Source: a virus. Taken from it: a stretch of 64,000 nt of DNA. This document shows positions 40,489 to 49,238 of the stretch, one piece after another. Every line of letters begins with the position of its first letter. Position 1 is the first letter of the stretch. The stretch is from the IMG/VR virus record IMGVR_UViG_3300027906_000003, positions 59,821 through 123,820 of that record. One strand, written 5' to 3'. Position numbers and translations under genes: made by a program. Under the pieces are notes generated by a model that had not been told where the DNA came from, did no database searches, and saw only the letters and a program-made list of their open reading frames with translations.

Positions 40489-40625
40489 GTTATCCCCAAA
40501 GAGTCGTTGATATGGTCAACGAATACAGAAGAAATGAACGAAAGAAATTTTGGTCAAAAACTTGGTCAATATTTTTAGCCTGTGTTTTAATAGGTGGTGC
40601 TTTATATCTCTTCTTCTATGTTTAG
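40485..40625 (+). CDS. Small membrane protein, 46 aa
   Basis: ATGA coupling, C-terminal TM helix; not in ORF track. Confidence 0.55.
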   Translation: MSYPQRVVDMVNEYRRNERKKFWSKTWSIFLACVLIGGALYLFFYV

Positions 40626-42465
40626 TTGGAAATCAGTTTTAATATCCATATCTTTACTTGTTGGTTTGAAGATATGGTCACCATACCTTGTAGAAAATAT
40701 ACAATGGTCATGGTTCGATGTATTACACCAACAGAAAGGAGAATATTATGTCAATGACATCGTTCTTGTCGACATTGATGAGAAAACTTTGGAAGTTCTT
40801 GGTCAGTATCCATTACCTCGCAGTGATTATAGTAAACTCATGCTTGATAGTCATTATAGCAATACTCATGTTTTTAGTATGGTCTTTAGTGAACCTGACC
40901 GAACCCCTAACGAAGACTTATTATTCGCAGAAGGACTTGTAAATAGACTTTCGATACTAAGCAGCGCGCCTAGCCCACAAAAAGATTCAGGAGTTGCACC
41001 TTTTGTTGGAACTTCCACACTAGGAGGTGCAGAGGCAAAAGACTTTATATGGAATTATTCGGGGATAGTATCACCCATTCCCATACTTAGAGATAATACT
41101 TACGGTGTTGGGGTAACCTCCTCAACTCCACCGATTACGGGAACACCAAACTTTGACGGAACAGTTCGTTCTGCACCACTATTAGTCTATGCAAATGACC
41201 AAGTATATCCTTCAGTTGCACTAGAAACTCTTCGTGCATTCTTAGACCAGAAATCATATCAGTTAAAAGTCACACCTGAAATGGGTGTAGAGTGGGTCAG
41301 AATGGGTAGAAATCCACCCATATCTACAACACCTACAGGTGATGTTATGATATCATATTGGAATACATTTCAAAGAATATCTGCAGTTGATTTACCTGAA
41401 TCAAACTTAGAGGGTAAGATTCTTATATGGGGTCTTACTGCAGAGGGTCTTAATAATCCAGTTTCAACCCCAATGGGTGTAATGTATCCTCACGAAGTTC
41501 AAGCAAACCTAATCCAAACCGTCTTGCAAGACATTCGAATACAACAATCCTACTATCTTGAACAGCTCGAGATTGTTCTTCTGGTGTCAGTTCTCTTATT
41601 GATACTTCTGATGGTTTATAAACTTCCCACAGTTCTTGCGGGGATAATGAGTCTAAGTATTGTTGCACTTCAGCTGGGTGGGGGTTTCTATTTCTGGACT
41701 TCTCAACTCGTTCTTTTCGATACCTTTTTTTCATCGGTTAGCTCCTTGTTGATATTCGGACATGCTTCGTTTAACAAATACTATATCACATACCAAGAGA
41801 AACAACAAATCAAAAAGCAGTTCCAAAAATATTTATCTCCTGATATGATTGAAGAACTACAAAAAGACCCATCAAAATTGAGACTTGGTGGAGATAGAAG
41901 AGAGATGTCCTTCATGTTTATGGACATAATCGGATTTACCCCCATAAGCGAACACTATATGAAAGAAGATAATCCTGAGGGATTAGTAGAACTGATAAAC
42001 AAGTTCTTGGACATGCAAACCAAAATAATACTAAATAATAAAGGAACCATAGATAAGTATATGGGCGATTGTATCATGAGCTTTTGGAATGCGCCTCTTG
42101 AATGTAAAGACCACGCCGACCTTGCTGTAAAATCTGCCCTTGAAGTGCTTGAAGCAACGGAGAAATTAAATGAAGAACTTGAACCTCTTAACCTGCCTCC
42201 TATTAATGTGGGCATCGGCATCAGCACAGGCGAATGTATTGTCGGAAACATGGGTTCCGAACTTAGATTTGACTATTCCGTCATCGGAGATGCAGTCAAC
42301 CTCGGTGCTAGACTCGAAGGCCAAACAAGAAATTATCCTGGGGTTAACTTGTTGTTATCGGAAGGAACTTATAGACAATGTAAGAAAGGAGCATTCTCAG
42401 AAGTTGATAGAATCAAGGTTAAGGGAAAGGAAATACCAGTCACTATCTACACTCCGATTACATGA
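40618..42465 (+). CDS. CHASE2-domain class III adenylate cyclase
   Basis: IVLVDIDE and FSEPDR (CHASE2), TM helices, FMDIIGFT, DKYMGD, FDYSVIGDAVNLGARLE, VKGK. Confidence 0.92.
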   Translation: MFSWKSVLISISLLVGLKIWSPYLVENIQWSWFDVLHQQKGEYYVNDIVLVDIDEKTLEVLGQYPLPRSDYSKLMLDSHYSNTHVFSMVFSEPDRTPNEDLLFAEGLVNRLSILSSAPSPQKDSGVAPFVGTSTLGGAEAKDFIWNYSGIVSPIPILRDNTYGVGVTSSTPPITGTPNFDGTVRSAPLLVYANDQVYPSVALETLRAFLDQKSYQLKVTPEMGVEWVRMGRNPPISTTPTGDVMISYWNTFQRISAVDLPESNLEGKILIWGLTAEGLNNPVSTPMGVMYPHEVQANLIQTVLQDIRIQQSYYLEQLEIVLLVSVLLLILLMVYKLPTVLAGIMSLSIVALQLGGGFYFWTSQLVLFDTFFSSVSSLLIFGHASFNKYYITYQEKQQIKKQFQKYLSPDMIEELQKDPSKLRLGGDRREMSFMFMDIIGFTPISEHYMKEDNPEGLVELINKFLDMQTKIILNNKGTIDKYMGDCIMSFWNAPLECKDHADLAVKSALEVLEATEKLNEELEPLNLPPINVGIGISTGECIVGNMGSELRFDYSVIGDAVNLGARLEGQTRNYPGVNLLLSEGTYRQCKKGAFSEVDRIKVKGKEIPVTIYTPIT

Positions 42466-42769
42466 ACCCATAAGTGATGTTCAATGGGGTATATTCTATA
42501 CTCTTCAAGTTTTAGATGTCTTTACTACCTATAAAGGTCTTCAATACGATTGTGTTGTAGAAATTAATCCTATTATTGGAGAAAGACCTAGTCTCAACAA
42601 AATGATTTTCACCAAGGTGGCTATTCTAACACCTGCAATTAGAGCTGACATGAAAAAAGGCACTGTAGACAGACACATTATGTCAGAAATAAATTTTTTA
42701 ATGTCTGTTGTAATCATGAATAACTATGAAATTTGGCAAGATTCCACCAAAAAGTGCAATAAAATTTAA
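42170..42769 (+). CDS. Putative secreted/membrane protein overlapping the cyclase 3' end (DUF5658-like C-terminus)
   Basis: Signal-like N-terminus; LQVLDVFTTYKGL..EINP segment; start uncertain. Confidence 0.5.
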   Translation: MKNLNLLTCLLLMWASASAQANVLSETWVPNLDLTIPSSEMQSTSVLDSKAKQEIILGLTCCYRKELIDNVRKEHSQKLIESRLRERKYQSLSTLRLHEPISDVQWGIFYTLQVLDVFTTYKGLQYDCVVEINPIIGERPSLNKMIFTKVAILTPAIRADMKKGTVDRHIMSEINFLMSVVIMNNYEIWQDSTKKCNKI

Positions 42770-42777
42770 AAAACCGC

Positions 42778-42807
42778 TTGATTAAACCATAAAGAACACT
42801 ATATACT
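42778..42807 (+). promoter_or_regulatory. Sigma70-type promoter upstream of the structured RNA and hsp20
   Basis: TTGATT ... TATACT. Confidence 0.5.
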
Positions 42808-42814
42808 ATAGTAA

Positions 42815-42915
42815 GAGAACTTAAAAAGAGCTCGGAATCTGGGTTGAAATCGTAAATGGAACCAATTGGCCAATAACCGATAGATACAAGGGGACTTAAA
42901 AAGAGCTCGGTTCTC
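42815..42915 (+). ncRNA. Candidate structured RNA with 17-nt direct repeat
   Basis: ACTTAAAAAGAGCTCGG at 42819 and 42894, closed by GAGAAC/GTTCTC. Confidence 0.45.
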
Positions 42916-42922
42916 TAACACA

Positions 42923-43005
42923 GTGGAGAGTTCTAGGTAGAGGCAATCTATAAAGACTAATTGACTGGTCAAAGTGTAGCCACATTAAATCCTAGACACT
43001 TCCAC
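42923..43005 (+). ncRNA. Candidate multi-branch RNA
   Basis: GTGGA/TCCAC and TCTAGG/CCTAGA stems enclosing three hairpins. Confidence 0.45.
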
Positions 43006-43064
43006 ACCCTAATGCTCAATTGAGGTTAGGTAATTTTAAACTTGCTAAATTTAGGAGAAATAAA

Positions 43065-43475
43065 ATGACGCATTTAGATATATTTGGTCAATTCAGACCG
43101 TTCGCAATTGGATTTGATAGATACTTCGAAGACCTCGAAAGAATGTCAACTCACACTCAAACTAATTATCCACCTTACAACATCGTAAAGGAAGATGATG
43201 AAAACTTTTGCATAGAACTTGCAGTTGCAGGTTTCAGCAAAGAGGACATTGAAGTCTCTAGGGAGAAAAATGTTCTTACTATTGAAGGAAAAGTAGATGA
43301 AGATTCTAAGGACTTTGTTCATAGAGGACTTGCATCAAGAGCCTTCAAAAGAAGTTTCAATCTTGCTGACTTAGTTGAAGTCACAGGTGCAGACATGAAA
43401 GATGGTATTCTACATGTCAAACTGGTTAAAGTTATTCCTGATGAAGACAAACCAGTAGTTATTGAAATTAGTTAA
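43065..43475 (+). CDS. hsp20: Small heat shock protein Hsp20 (IbpA-like)
   Basis: IGFD, NYPPYNI, IELAVAGF, HRGLASRAFKRSF; AGGAG SD. Confidence 0.95.
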   Translation: MTHLDIFGQFRPFAIGFDRYFEDLERMSTHTQTNYPPYNIVKEDDENFCIELAVAGFSKEDIEVSREKNVLTIEGKVDEDSKDFVHRGLASRAFKRSFNLADLVEVTGADMKDGILHVKLVKVIPDEDKPVVIEIS

Positions 43476-43483
43476 AAACTACC

Positions 43484-43525
43484 TTTACAGATACACTCAT
43501 TTGTAATATAATGGGTGTATCTTTA
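43484..43525 (+). promoter_or_regulatory. Sigma70-type promoter embedded in a 13-bp inverted repeat
   Basis: TTTACA-17-TATAAT; AGATACACTCATT/AATGGGTGTATCT. Confidence 0.6.
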
Positions 43526-43542
43526 TATATTATGGAGTAATT

Positions 43543-44061
43543 ATGAATAAGATTGGATTAGAAATAGTCGAAGGAACAACTCAGATACCTGCAGTGGTTA
43601 TGCCTGTAAGAGTCGATGGTGATTTTGAATACTTAAACACTAGAGAACAATTTGCTGGTAAAAGAGTGGTTATATTTGCACTACCAGGTGCATTTACACC
43701 TACATGTTCATCTTTCCAATTGCCTGGTTTTGAGACAATGTTTTCTCAATTCCAAGAAAAAGGTATAGATGAAATCTATTGTCTATCTGTAAACGATACA
43801 TTCGTTATGAATGCGTGGTTTGAAGGACAAGGCATAGAGAATGTGAGACCATTACCAGACGGAAATGGTGAATTCACAGAAATGATAGGTGCCTCAGTTC
43901 AAAAAGCAAATCTAGGTTTCGGTATTAGAAGTTGGAGATATGCAATGGTAGTTAACGATGGTATTATCGAAAGAATGTTTGCAGAAGCAGGATACGGTGA
44001 CAACATTTCAACAGACCCATATGAGGTATCAACGCCTGAGAATGTATTGGCAAACTTATAA
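43543..44061 (+). CDS. Peroxiredoxin (Prx5-like)
   Basis: LPGAFTPTCS, SVNDTFVMNAW, DGNGEFT, RSWRYAM. Confidence 0.93.
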   Translation: MNKIGLEIVEGTTQIPAVVMPVRVDGDFEYLNTREQFAGKRVVIFALPGAFTPTCSSFQLPGFETMFSQFQEKGIDEIYCLSVNDTFVMNAWFEGQGIENVRPLPDGNGEFTEMIGASVQKANLGFGIRSWRYAMVVNDGIIERMFAEAGYGDNISTDPYEVSTPENVLANL

Positions 44062-45191
44062 TGCCAGAGTTCAAATGTGATTTAGTCCTAGCTGAAGAAG
44101 ACGCCTTGTTTGCTTCAGGTAGAATCACAGAGTATTACCAAAACTTTGGTAATATGGCAGACTATCTTAGAAAAATCAAATTAGAGAGAGTTGCAGAAAT
44201 GCCAACTCCTCTTTTTGGTTTTAATCTATCAGATGATTTCTTTTCAGACTTCACTATGCACCCACAAGATATGGACTTTAGAGTTGGTATTGCAGACCAC
44301 GAAATTTTCCATAATTACTTAGAGGTTATTACCTCACATGCAATTGAAGCCTCAAATCCTGGTAGAAAAATTATTTTAATGGTCTATGAAAACAATACAA
44401 ATAAGATTGTAGGTTTCATAAGATTAGGTTCACCAATGATGAACATTGCACCTAGAAATAGGTATTTTGGTGAAGTGTTGGGTGCAGAACAAATGCCTGT
44501 ATTCAACAAACATGCAATTATGGGTATGATTATTGTGCCTACTCAACCATTTGGATTTAACTATCTTGGTGGTAAATTACTTGCATTGATGTGTTGTTCA
44601 CATGAAGTTAAAAAGATTATAGATGAAAAGTATGATATGAATTTATGTCACTTTGAAACTACATCACTATATGGTTCAACTAAGAGTATGTCTCAGTATG
44701 ATGGTTTAAAACCCTTTATAAAAGGACAAGGTCTTACTGATAGTAATTTTGCACCACTTATGAACGATAGTTATTTTAAAGACTTAGAAAAGTTCTTTGT
44801 TGAAAAGAATGGTGGTCCGATTGTATGGGAAGAAGCTTCAAGTAGAAAGATGAAAGTTCAAGCAAAGATGATTTCTATTATAAAAAAATCTCTCAATGAA
44901 ACTGATAGAAAAAAATTCGAACAAGTGGTGGACGATGCAAGAAGACTAAATGAGAGAAAAAGATTTTATGTATCTGATTTAGGTTATGAGAATAGTAAAG
45001 ATGTTATTACAGGTAAAACTGATACATTGATACCAAAATCTAACTATGATAGATACTCAATAGAAAATTTAACAGAATGGTGGAGAAAGAAAGCATCTAA
45101 TAGATTCGATACTCTCCGTTCTGATGGTAGACTTCGAACAAAACTCGAAGTATGGAATGAGAATCCTGATGAAATCGACATTATTCGGTAA
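44061..45191 (+). CDS. DUF4338/DruA-like protein 1
   Basis: PGR, VPTQPFGFNYLGGKLLAL, ETTSLYG, SQYD. Confidence 0.7.
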   Translation: MPEFKCDLVLAEEDALFASGRITEYYQNFGNMADYLRKIKLERVAEMPTPLFGFNLSDDFFSDFTMHPQDMDFRVGIADHEIFHNYLEVITSHAIEASNPGRKIILMVYENNTNKIVGFIRLGSPMMNIAPRNRYFGEVLGAEQMPVFNKHAIMGMIIVPTQPFGFNYLGGKLLALMCCSHEVKKIIDEKYDMNLCHFETTSLYGSTKSMSQYDGLKPFIKGQGLTDSNFAPLMNDSYFKDLEKFFVEKNGGPIVWEEASSRKMKVQAKMISIIKKSLNETDRKKFEQVVDDARRLNERKRFYVSDLGYENSKDVITGKTDTLIPKSNYDRYSIENLTEWWRKKASNRFDTLRSDGRLRTKLEVWNENPDEIDIIR

Positions 45192-45492
45192 TACATATAG
45201 AGTAGTAGAGAATCCTCACGAACAGGACGCTGCTATAGAAATCATAGACGGAGAATTTAAAGGTCTTGTCTATCAGTATGGTAAAGTAGGATTTGAAGAG
45301 GGAAAACCTAACATAAACTTTGAGAGAACCATAAGAAGATTACCAGAAAGTGGTGAAGAGTTAGATAATCTACTAAATAATAACGACCTAAATAAAATTA
45401 TGGGTGATATTCTTGTAGAGATAATGCAAGAACAAATTCGAAAAGAGGAACAAAATGGCAATAACAAAATCATATCCGATAGTCAAGACTGA
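45169..45492 (+). CDS. Conserved hypothetical protein
   Basis: GEFKGLVYQYGKV, MGDILVE. Confidence 0.65.
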   Translation: MKSTLFGNTYRVVENPHEQDAAIEIIDGEFKGLVYQYGKVGFEEGKPNINFERTIRRLPESGEELDNLLNNNDLNKIMGDILVEIMQEQIRKEEQNGNNKIISDSQD

Positions 45493-45715
45493 TGGTGAGA
45501 CTATCTTTCTATTAGGAAGAGACTACGAAGCTGGAACACCAGAGAACGAAGCAGAACAAGCTAGACTTCAAAAAAACTACAGAAAATGGGAGTCTGAAAA
45601 TACAGAACATATAGTGCCTCCAGGCACACCAATGGGTGAAGACGGTGAGGGTGCAAGATTGCCAATGGTTGACTTAAACACAAACTACAACGGAGATTTT
45701 GATTACAATGGATAG
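45455..45715 (+). CDS. Hypothetical protein
   Basis: GAGG SD; overlaps both neighbours. Confidence 0.6.
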   Translation: MAITKSYPIVKTDGETIFLLGRDYEAGTPENEAEQARLQKNYRKWESENTEHIVPPGTPMGEDGEGARLPMVDLNTNYNGDFDYNG

Positions 45716-46163
45716 ACAAAGATTAATGGATGAGATTAAGAGACATGAAGGAGAAGTCCTTGAAATCTACGAAGATTCACTAGGATACTTAACTTTTGGT
45801 GTAGGACACTTAATCAAAGATAGTGATGATGAACATGGTTTACCAGTTGGCACACCAGTTTCACAAGAAAGAGTAGATGATGTCTACGACTATGACTTTG
45901 ATAAACATTTAGAAGAAACTATTCATCTATTTGAATCAAAAGGTGGTGAAGACTTCTATTCATTACCAGAAAACATACAACATGTATTAGTTAACATGAC
46001 ATTCAACTTAGGTGGAACAAGATTCGGTAAGTTTAATAACATGTGGAAAGGTGTTGTTTCAGGTGATTGGGAAAAAGTTGCTGTTGAAATGGAAGATTCT
46101 AAGTGGTTCAGACAAGTTGGAAGACGAAGTGTTGAACTTCAAGAAATGGTGAGAAGTGCGTAA
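45708..46163 (+). CDS. Lysozyme (T4 lysozyme-like, GH24)
   Basis: HEG..YEDSLGYLTFGVGHL catalytic E/D/T, NMTFNLG, SKWFRQVGRRS. Confidence 0.9.
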   Translation: MDRQRLMDEIKRHEGEVLEIYEDSLGYLTFGVGHLIKDSDDEHGLPVGTPVSQERVDDVYDYDFDKHLEETIHLFESKGGEDFYSLPENIQHVLVNMTFNLGGTRFGKFNNMWKGVVSGDWEKVAVEMEDSKWFRQVGRRSVELQEMVRSA

Positions 46164-46461
46164 TATCAGAGACGATGTAAGATGTCTAAGATTAGATACA
46201 GGAGAAATCTTAATTGGTTTCTTTAAGAATCTATGGTGGAAAGGAAAATACGAACTAGTAGATGCACAACAGTGTTTAGTATCTTTAGAAAATAATAGAA
46301 TGGAAGTTCAACTAGCACCTTATATACCATTTGCAAAAGAATATATCTTTGAAGTAAGACACGACAAAGTTCAATCAGTATTTCAACCAAAACCACAATT
46401 AGAACAGAATTATAAAGTAGAGACTGGTAATAGAGTAGTCAGTCAAAGAGGTAATAAGTAA
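46156..46461 (+). CDS. Conserved hypothetical protein (Sm-like fold likely)
   Basis: LRLDTGEILIG, LAPYIPFA. Confidence 0.6.
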   Translation: MRNIRDDVRCLRLDTGEILIGFFKNLWWKGKYELVDAQQCLVSLENNRMEVQLAPYIPFAKEYIFEVRHDKVQSVFQPKPQLEQNYKVETGNRVVSQRGNK

Positions 46462-46697
46462 TGGTTGATATGATGAATAGAGTCATGAATGCTCAGGTTA
46501 AACAAGCTGAAGCAATGATTGAAAAACACAGAATAAATATAGAAGTTTTAACAAAGAATGCAGTTGGTGTAGCAGAACATCCAGACACAATGAAAACTGT
46601 TGAAGATGAGTTAGCCCAAATTGCACATTGGACAGACATCAAATCAGCTGCTTTAAATAATTTCGATTTCGAATCTAAAAGAACCTTGACAGAATAG
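46461..46697 (+). CDS. Conserved hypothetical protein
   Basis: NIEVL..NAVGVAEHPD. Confidence 0.7.
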   Translation: MVDMMNRVMNAQVKQAEAMIEKHRINIEVLTKNAVGVAEHPDTMKTVEDELAQIAHWTDIKSAALNNFDFESKRTLTE

Positions 46698-46715
46698 ACC
46701 AAGCTGTAGTATAAT
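46686..46715 (+). promoter_or_regulatory. Sigma70-type promoter for the DNA polymerase
   Basis: TTGACA-18-TATAAT, ATG 6 nt downstream. Confidence 0.8.
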
Positions 46716-46721
46716 TACAGT

Positions 46722-49238
46722 ATGGATTTTTATACAAATGTATGTAGAACTCGTGACAAAATTCTAGTCACAGGTTACCAATCAAATAAGAAAGTCAAAA
46801 TGAAAGTCGATTATCGACCTAAGCATTTTGTTCCCTCCAGAAAAGGTGATACACCTTACAAATCACTAGACGGCAGACCACTTGAAGTTGTAGAACTCAA
46901 CTCAATGGGTGGTGCAAGAAAGTTTAGAGAGAAGTATCATCAAACACAAGGTTTTGAAATACATGGTTATGATAGATATGTCTACACATATATTTCAGAT
47001 AAGTTTCCAACAGACTTCGAATACGACACAAAGAAAGTAAGAATTGCCACACTTGATATTGAGTGTGAATGTGAAGATGGTTTTCCAGAACCAATGAGAG
47101 CAGATGAGAAAGTAAATGCAATTGCAATTAAACCTTTCGGTCATAATACACATGTTTTTGGTTTAGGTCCTTGGGATGATAAACCGGCTAATTGTGTTTA
47201 TTATGATTGTGTAGATGAAGCACAACTTCTAACAGAGTTCATTAAGTTCTGGAGAAAGGCTTCTTTTGATATTGTCACAGGTTGGAATGTAGACTCATTT
47301 GATATCACATATCTTTGTAATAGAATTGATAAAGTTTTCGGTGAAGGAGAACATAAGAAATTATCTCCTTGGAATATGTCAGATGTTAGAGAATACACAT
47401 CTAACTTTGGTCAGAAACAACAAACATTTAATCTTTATGGTATTAGTATTGTCGATTACTTAGATTTATATCGTAAACATACACCACAAACACAAGAGTC
47501 ATACAAACTAGAACATATTGCACAAGTAGAACTTAATAAAGGTAAGATTGATTACTCAGAGTATGGTAATCTACACACACTTTATAAACAAGACTACTCT
47601 AAGTTCCTTGCATATAATGTTAAAGACGCCGTTCTTGTTGAAGAACTAGAAGAGAAACTTGGTTTCTTAGAACTCACAATTGTGATGGCTTATTCTGCCA
47701 AGTGTAATTACAATGACACTTTCGGTATGGTTAAGTATTGGGAAACAATCATCTATAATCATCTAAAGAAACAGGGAATTCAAACACCACCTCAGGCATT
47801 AAAGAGAGACCAAAAGAACTATCGTATTGAGGGTGCATATGTAAAAGAACCAATCGTTGGTGGTCATAATTGGGTGATGTCTTTTGATTTGAACTCACTT
47901 TATCCTCATTTGATTATGCAGTTTAATATTTCACCTGAGAAGATGATAAAGGGTGGTCTTATGGACACAAAGATTACATCTATGTTAGATAAGAAGAATG
48001 ACTTATCTGAACTTAAAAAACAAAATGCAACTGTCACACCAAATGGTGTTAAGTTCAAAAGAGACAAACAAGGTTTTCTTCCTGAACTCATGGAAACATT
48101 ATACGATGAGAGAAGAGAATACAAACAGAAGATGATTTCACATCAAAAAGAACTACAAGTTTGTGATGACCCTATTGAAAGAAAAAGACTTGAAGTTAAA
48201 ATCAAAAGGGCATACAACAATCAACAGGTTAGAAAGATATCTTTGAACAGTGCATATGGTGTTCTTGCAAATCAGTGGTTTGCTTTCTTTGACCCACAAC
48301 TTGCAGAGTCAGTCACTACTGCAGGCCAGTTAGTAATCAAATGGTCAGAGAAGACTGCAAATGATTATCTAAACAAAGTTCTAAAAACAAACAAAGATTA
48401 CATTGTTGCAATGGATACTGATTCAATCTATATCACACTTGATGATTTAGTGAATCAAATCTTTACACCAGAACAACAGAAAGATAAGAGTCGAGTTGTA
48501 GATTTCTTATGTAAGATTGAAGAAGAAATTGAGAATGCTTTGAGAGAAGGATTTGACGACCTTAAAGATTATACAAATGCGTTTCAACAGAAAATGGAAA
48601 TGGGTAGAGAAGTTATTGCAGACCGTGGTATTTGGACTGCAAAGAAAAGATATATTCTAAATGTATATGATAATGAGGGTGTAAGACTCAGAACTCCAAA
48701 ACTAAAAATGATGGGTATTGAAACTGCAAAGTCTTCTACTCCTCAATGGGTCAGAAAGAAACTTACTGAAGCATTGAATATTGTAATGACAAAGACTGAA
48801 CAAGAGTTGTGGGAATTTGTTGAGACAACAAGAAAAGAATTTAGAAATCTTCCTGCAGAAGAGATTGCATCACCAAGAGGGTGTAATAACATTAAACAAT
48901 ATGCAGATAACTCAGACATCTACTCAAAGGGAACACCCATACATGTCCGTGGTGCTTTACTTTATAATCATCACTTAGAGAAACTAAACTTAGATAAAAG
49001 ATATGAGTTGATAAAGAACGGAGATAAACTACACTTTACATATCTTACAACACCAAATCCAATCAAAGAGAATGTTATCTCATTCTTATCGGTTCTGCCT
49101 CGTGAGTTTGACATACACAAATATGTTGATTATGACTTACAGTTTGATAAGGCATTCATTGAACCACTGAAAGGAATTATTAGTCTTATTGACTGGAATG
49201 TAGAACCAGTTGCAAGTCTGGATAGTTTTTTTGCATAA
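46722..49238 (+). CDS. gp43: Family B DNA polymerase gp43
   Basis: DIE exonuclease, SFDLNSLYPH, KISLNSAYG, DTDS, KKRY. Confidence 0.97.
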   Translation: MDFYTNVCRTRDKILVTGYQSNKKVKMKVDYRPKHFVPSRKGDTPYKSLDGRPLEVVELNSMGGARKFREKYHQTQGFEIHGYDRYVYTYISDKFPTDFEYDTKKVRIATLDIECECEDGFPEPMRADEKVNAIAIKPFGHNTHVFGLGPWDDKPANCVYYDCVDEAQLLTEFIKFWRKASFDIVTGWNVDSFDITYLCNRIDKVFGEGEHKKLSPWNMSDVREYTSNFGQKQQTFNLYGISIVDYLDLYRKHTPQTQESYKLEHIAQVELNKGKIDYSEYGNLHTLYKQDYSKFLAYNVKDAVLVEELEEKLGFLELTIVMAYSAKCNYNDTFGMVKYWETIIYNHLKKQGIQTPPQALKRDQKNYRIEGAYVKEPIVGGHNWVMSFDLNSLYPHLIMQFNISPEKMIKGGLMDTKITSMLDKKNDLSELKKQNATVTPNGVKFKRDKQGFLPELMETLYDERREYKQKMISHQKELQVCDDPIERKRLEVKIKRAYNNQQVRKISLNSAYGVLANQWFAFFDPQLAESVTTAGQLVIKWSEKTANDYLNKVLKTNKDYIVAMDTDSIYITLDDLVNQIFTPEQQKDKSRVVDFLCKIEEEIENALREGFDDLKDYTNAFQQKMEMGREVIADRGIWTAKKRYILNVYDNEGVRLRTPKLKMMGIETAKSSTPQWVRKKLTEALNIVMTKTEQELWEFVETTRKEFRNLPAEEIASPRGCNNIKQYADNSDIYSKGTPIHVRGALLYNHHLEKLNLDKRYELIKNGDKLHFTYLTTPNPIKENVISFLSVLPREFDIHKYVDYDLQFDKAFIEPLKGIISLIDWNVEPVASLDSFFA

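Noticed and set aside
42819-42910. CRISPR mini-array
   Set aside because: Only two 17-nt repeats with a 58-nt interval, outside normal CRISPR dimensions, and no cas genes in the window; kept as an unexplained repeat RNA
42923-43005. Canonical tRNA
   Set aside because: No GTTCRA T-loop, no 7-nt anticodon loop and no proper 7-bp acceptor stem
46722-49238. Intein, intron or split in DNA polymerase (also terminase and helicase)
   Set aside because: ORFs are continuous and of normal length, with no intein motifs seen
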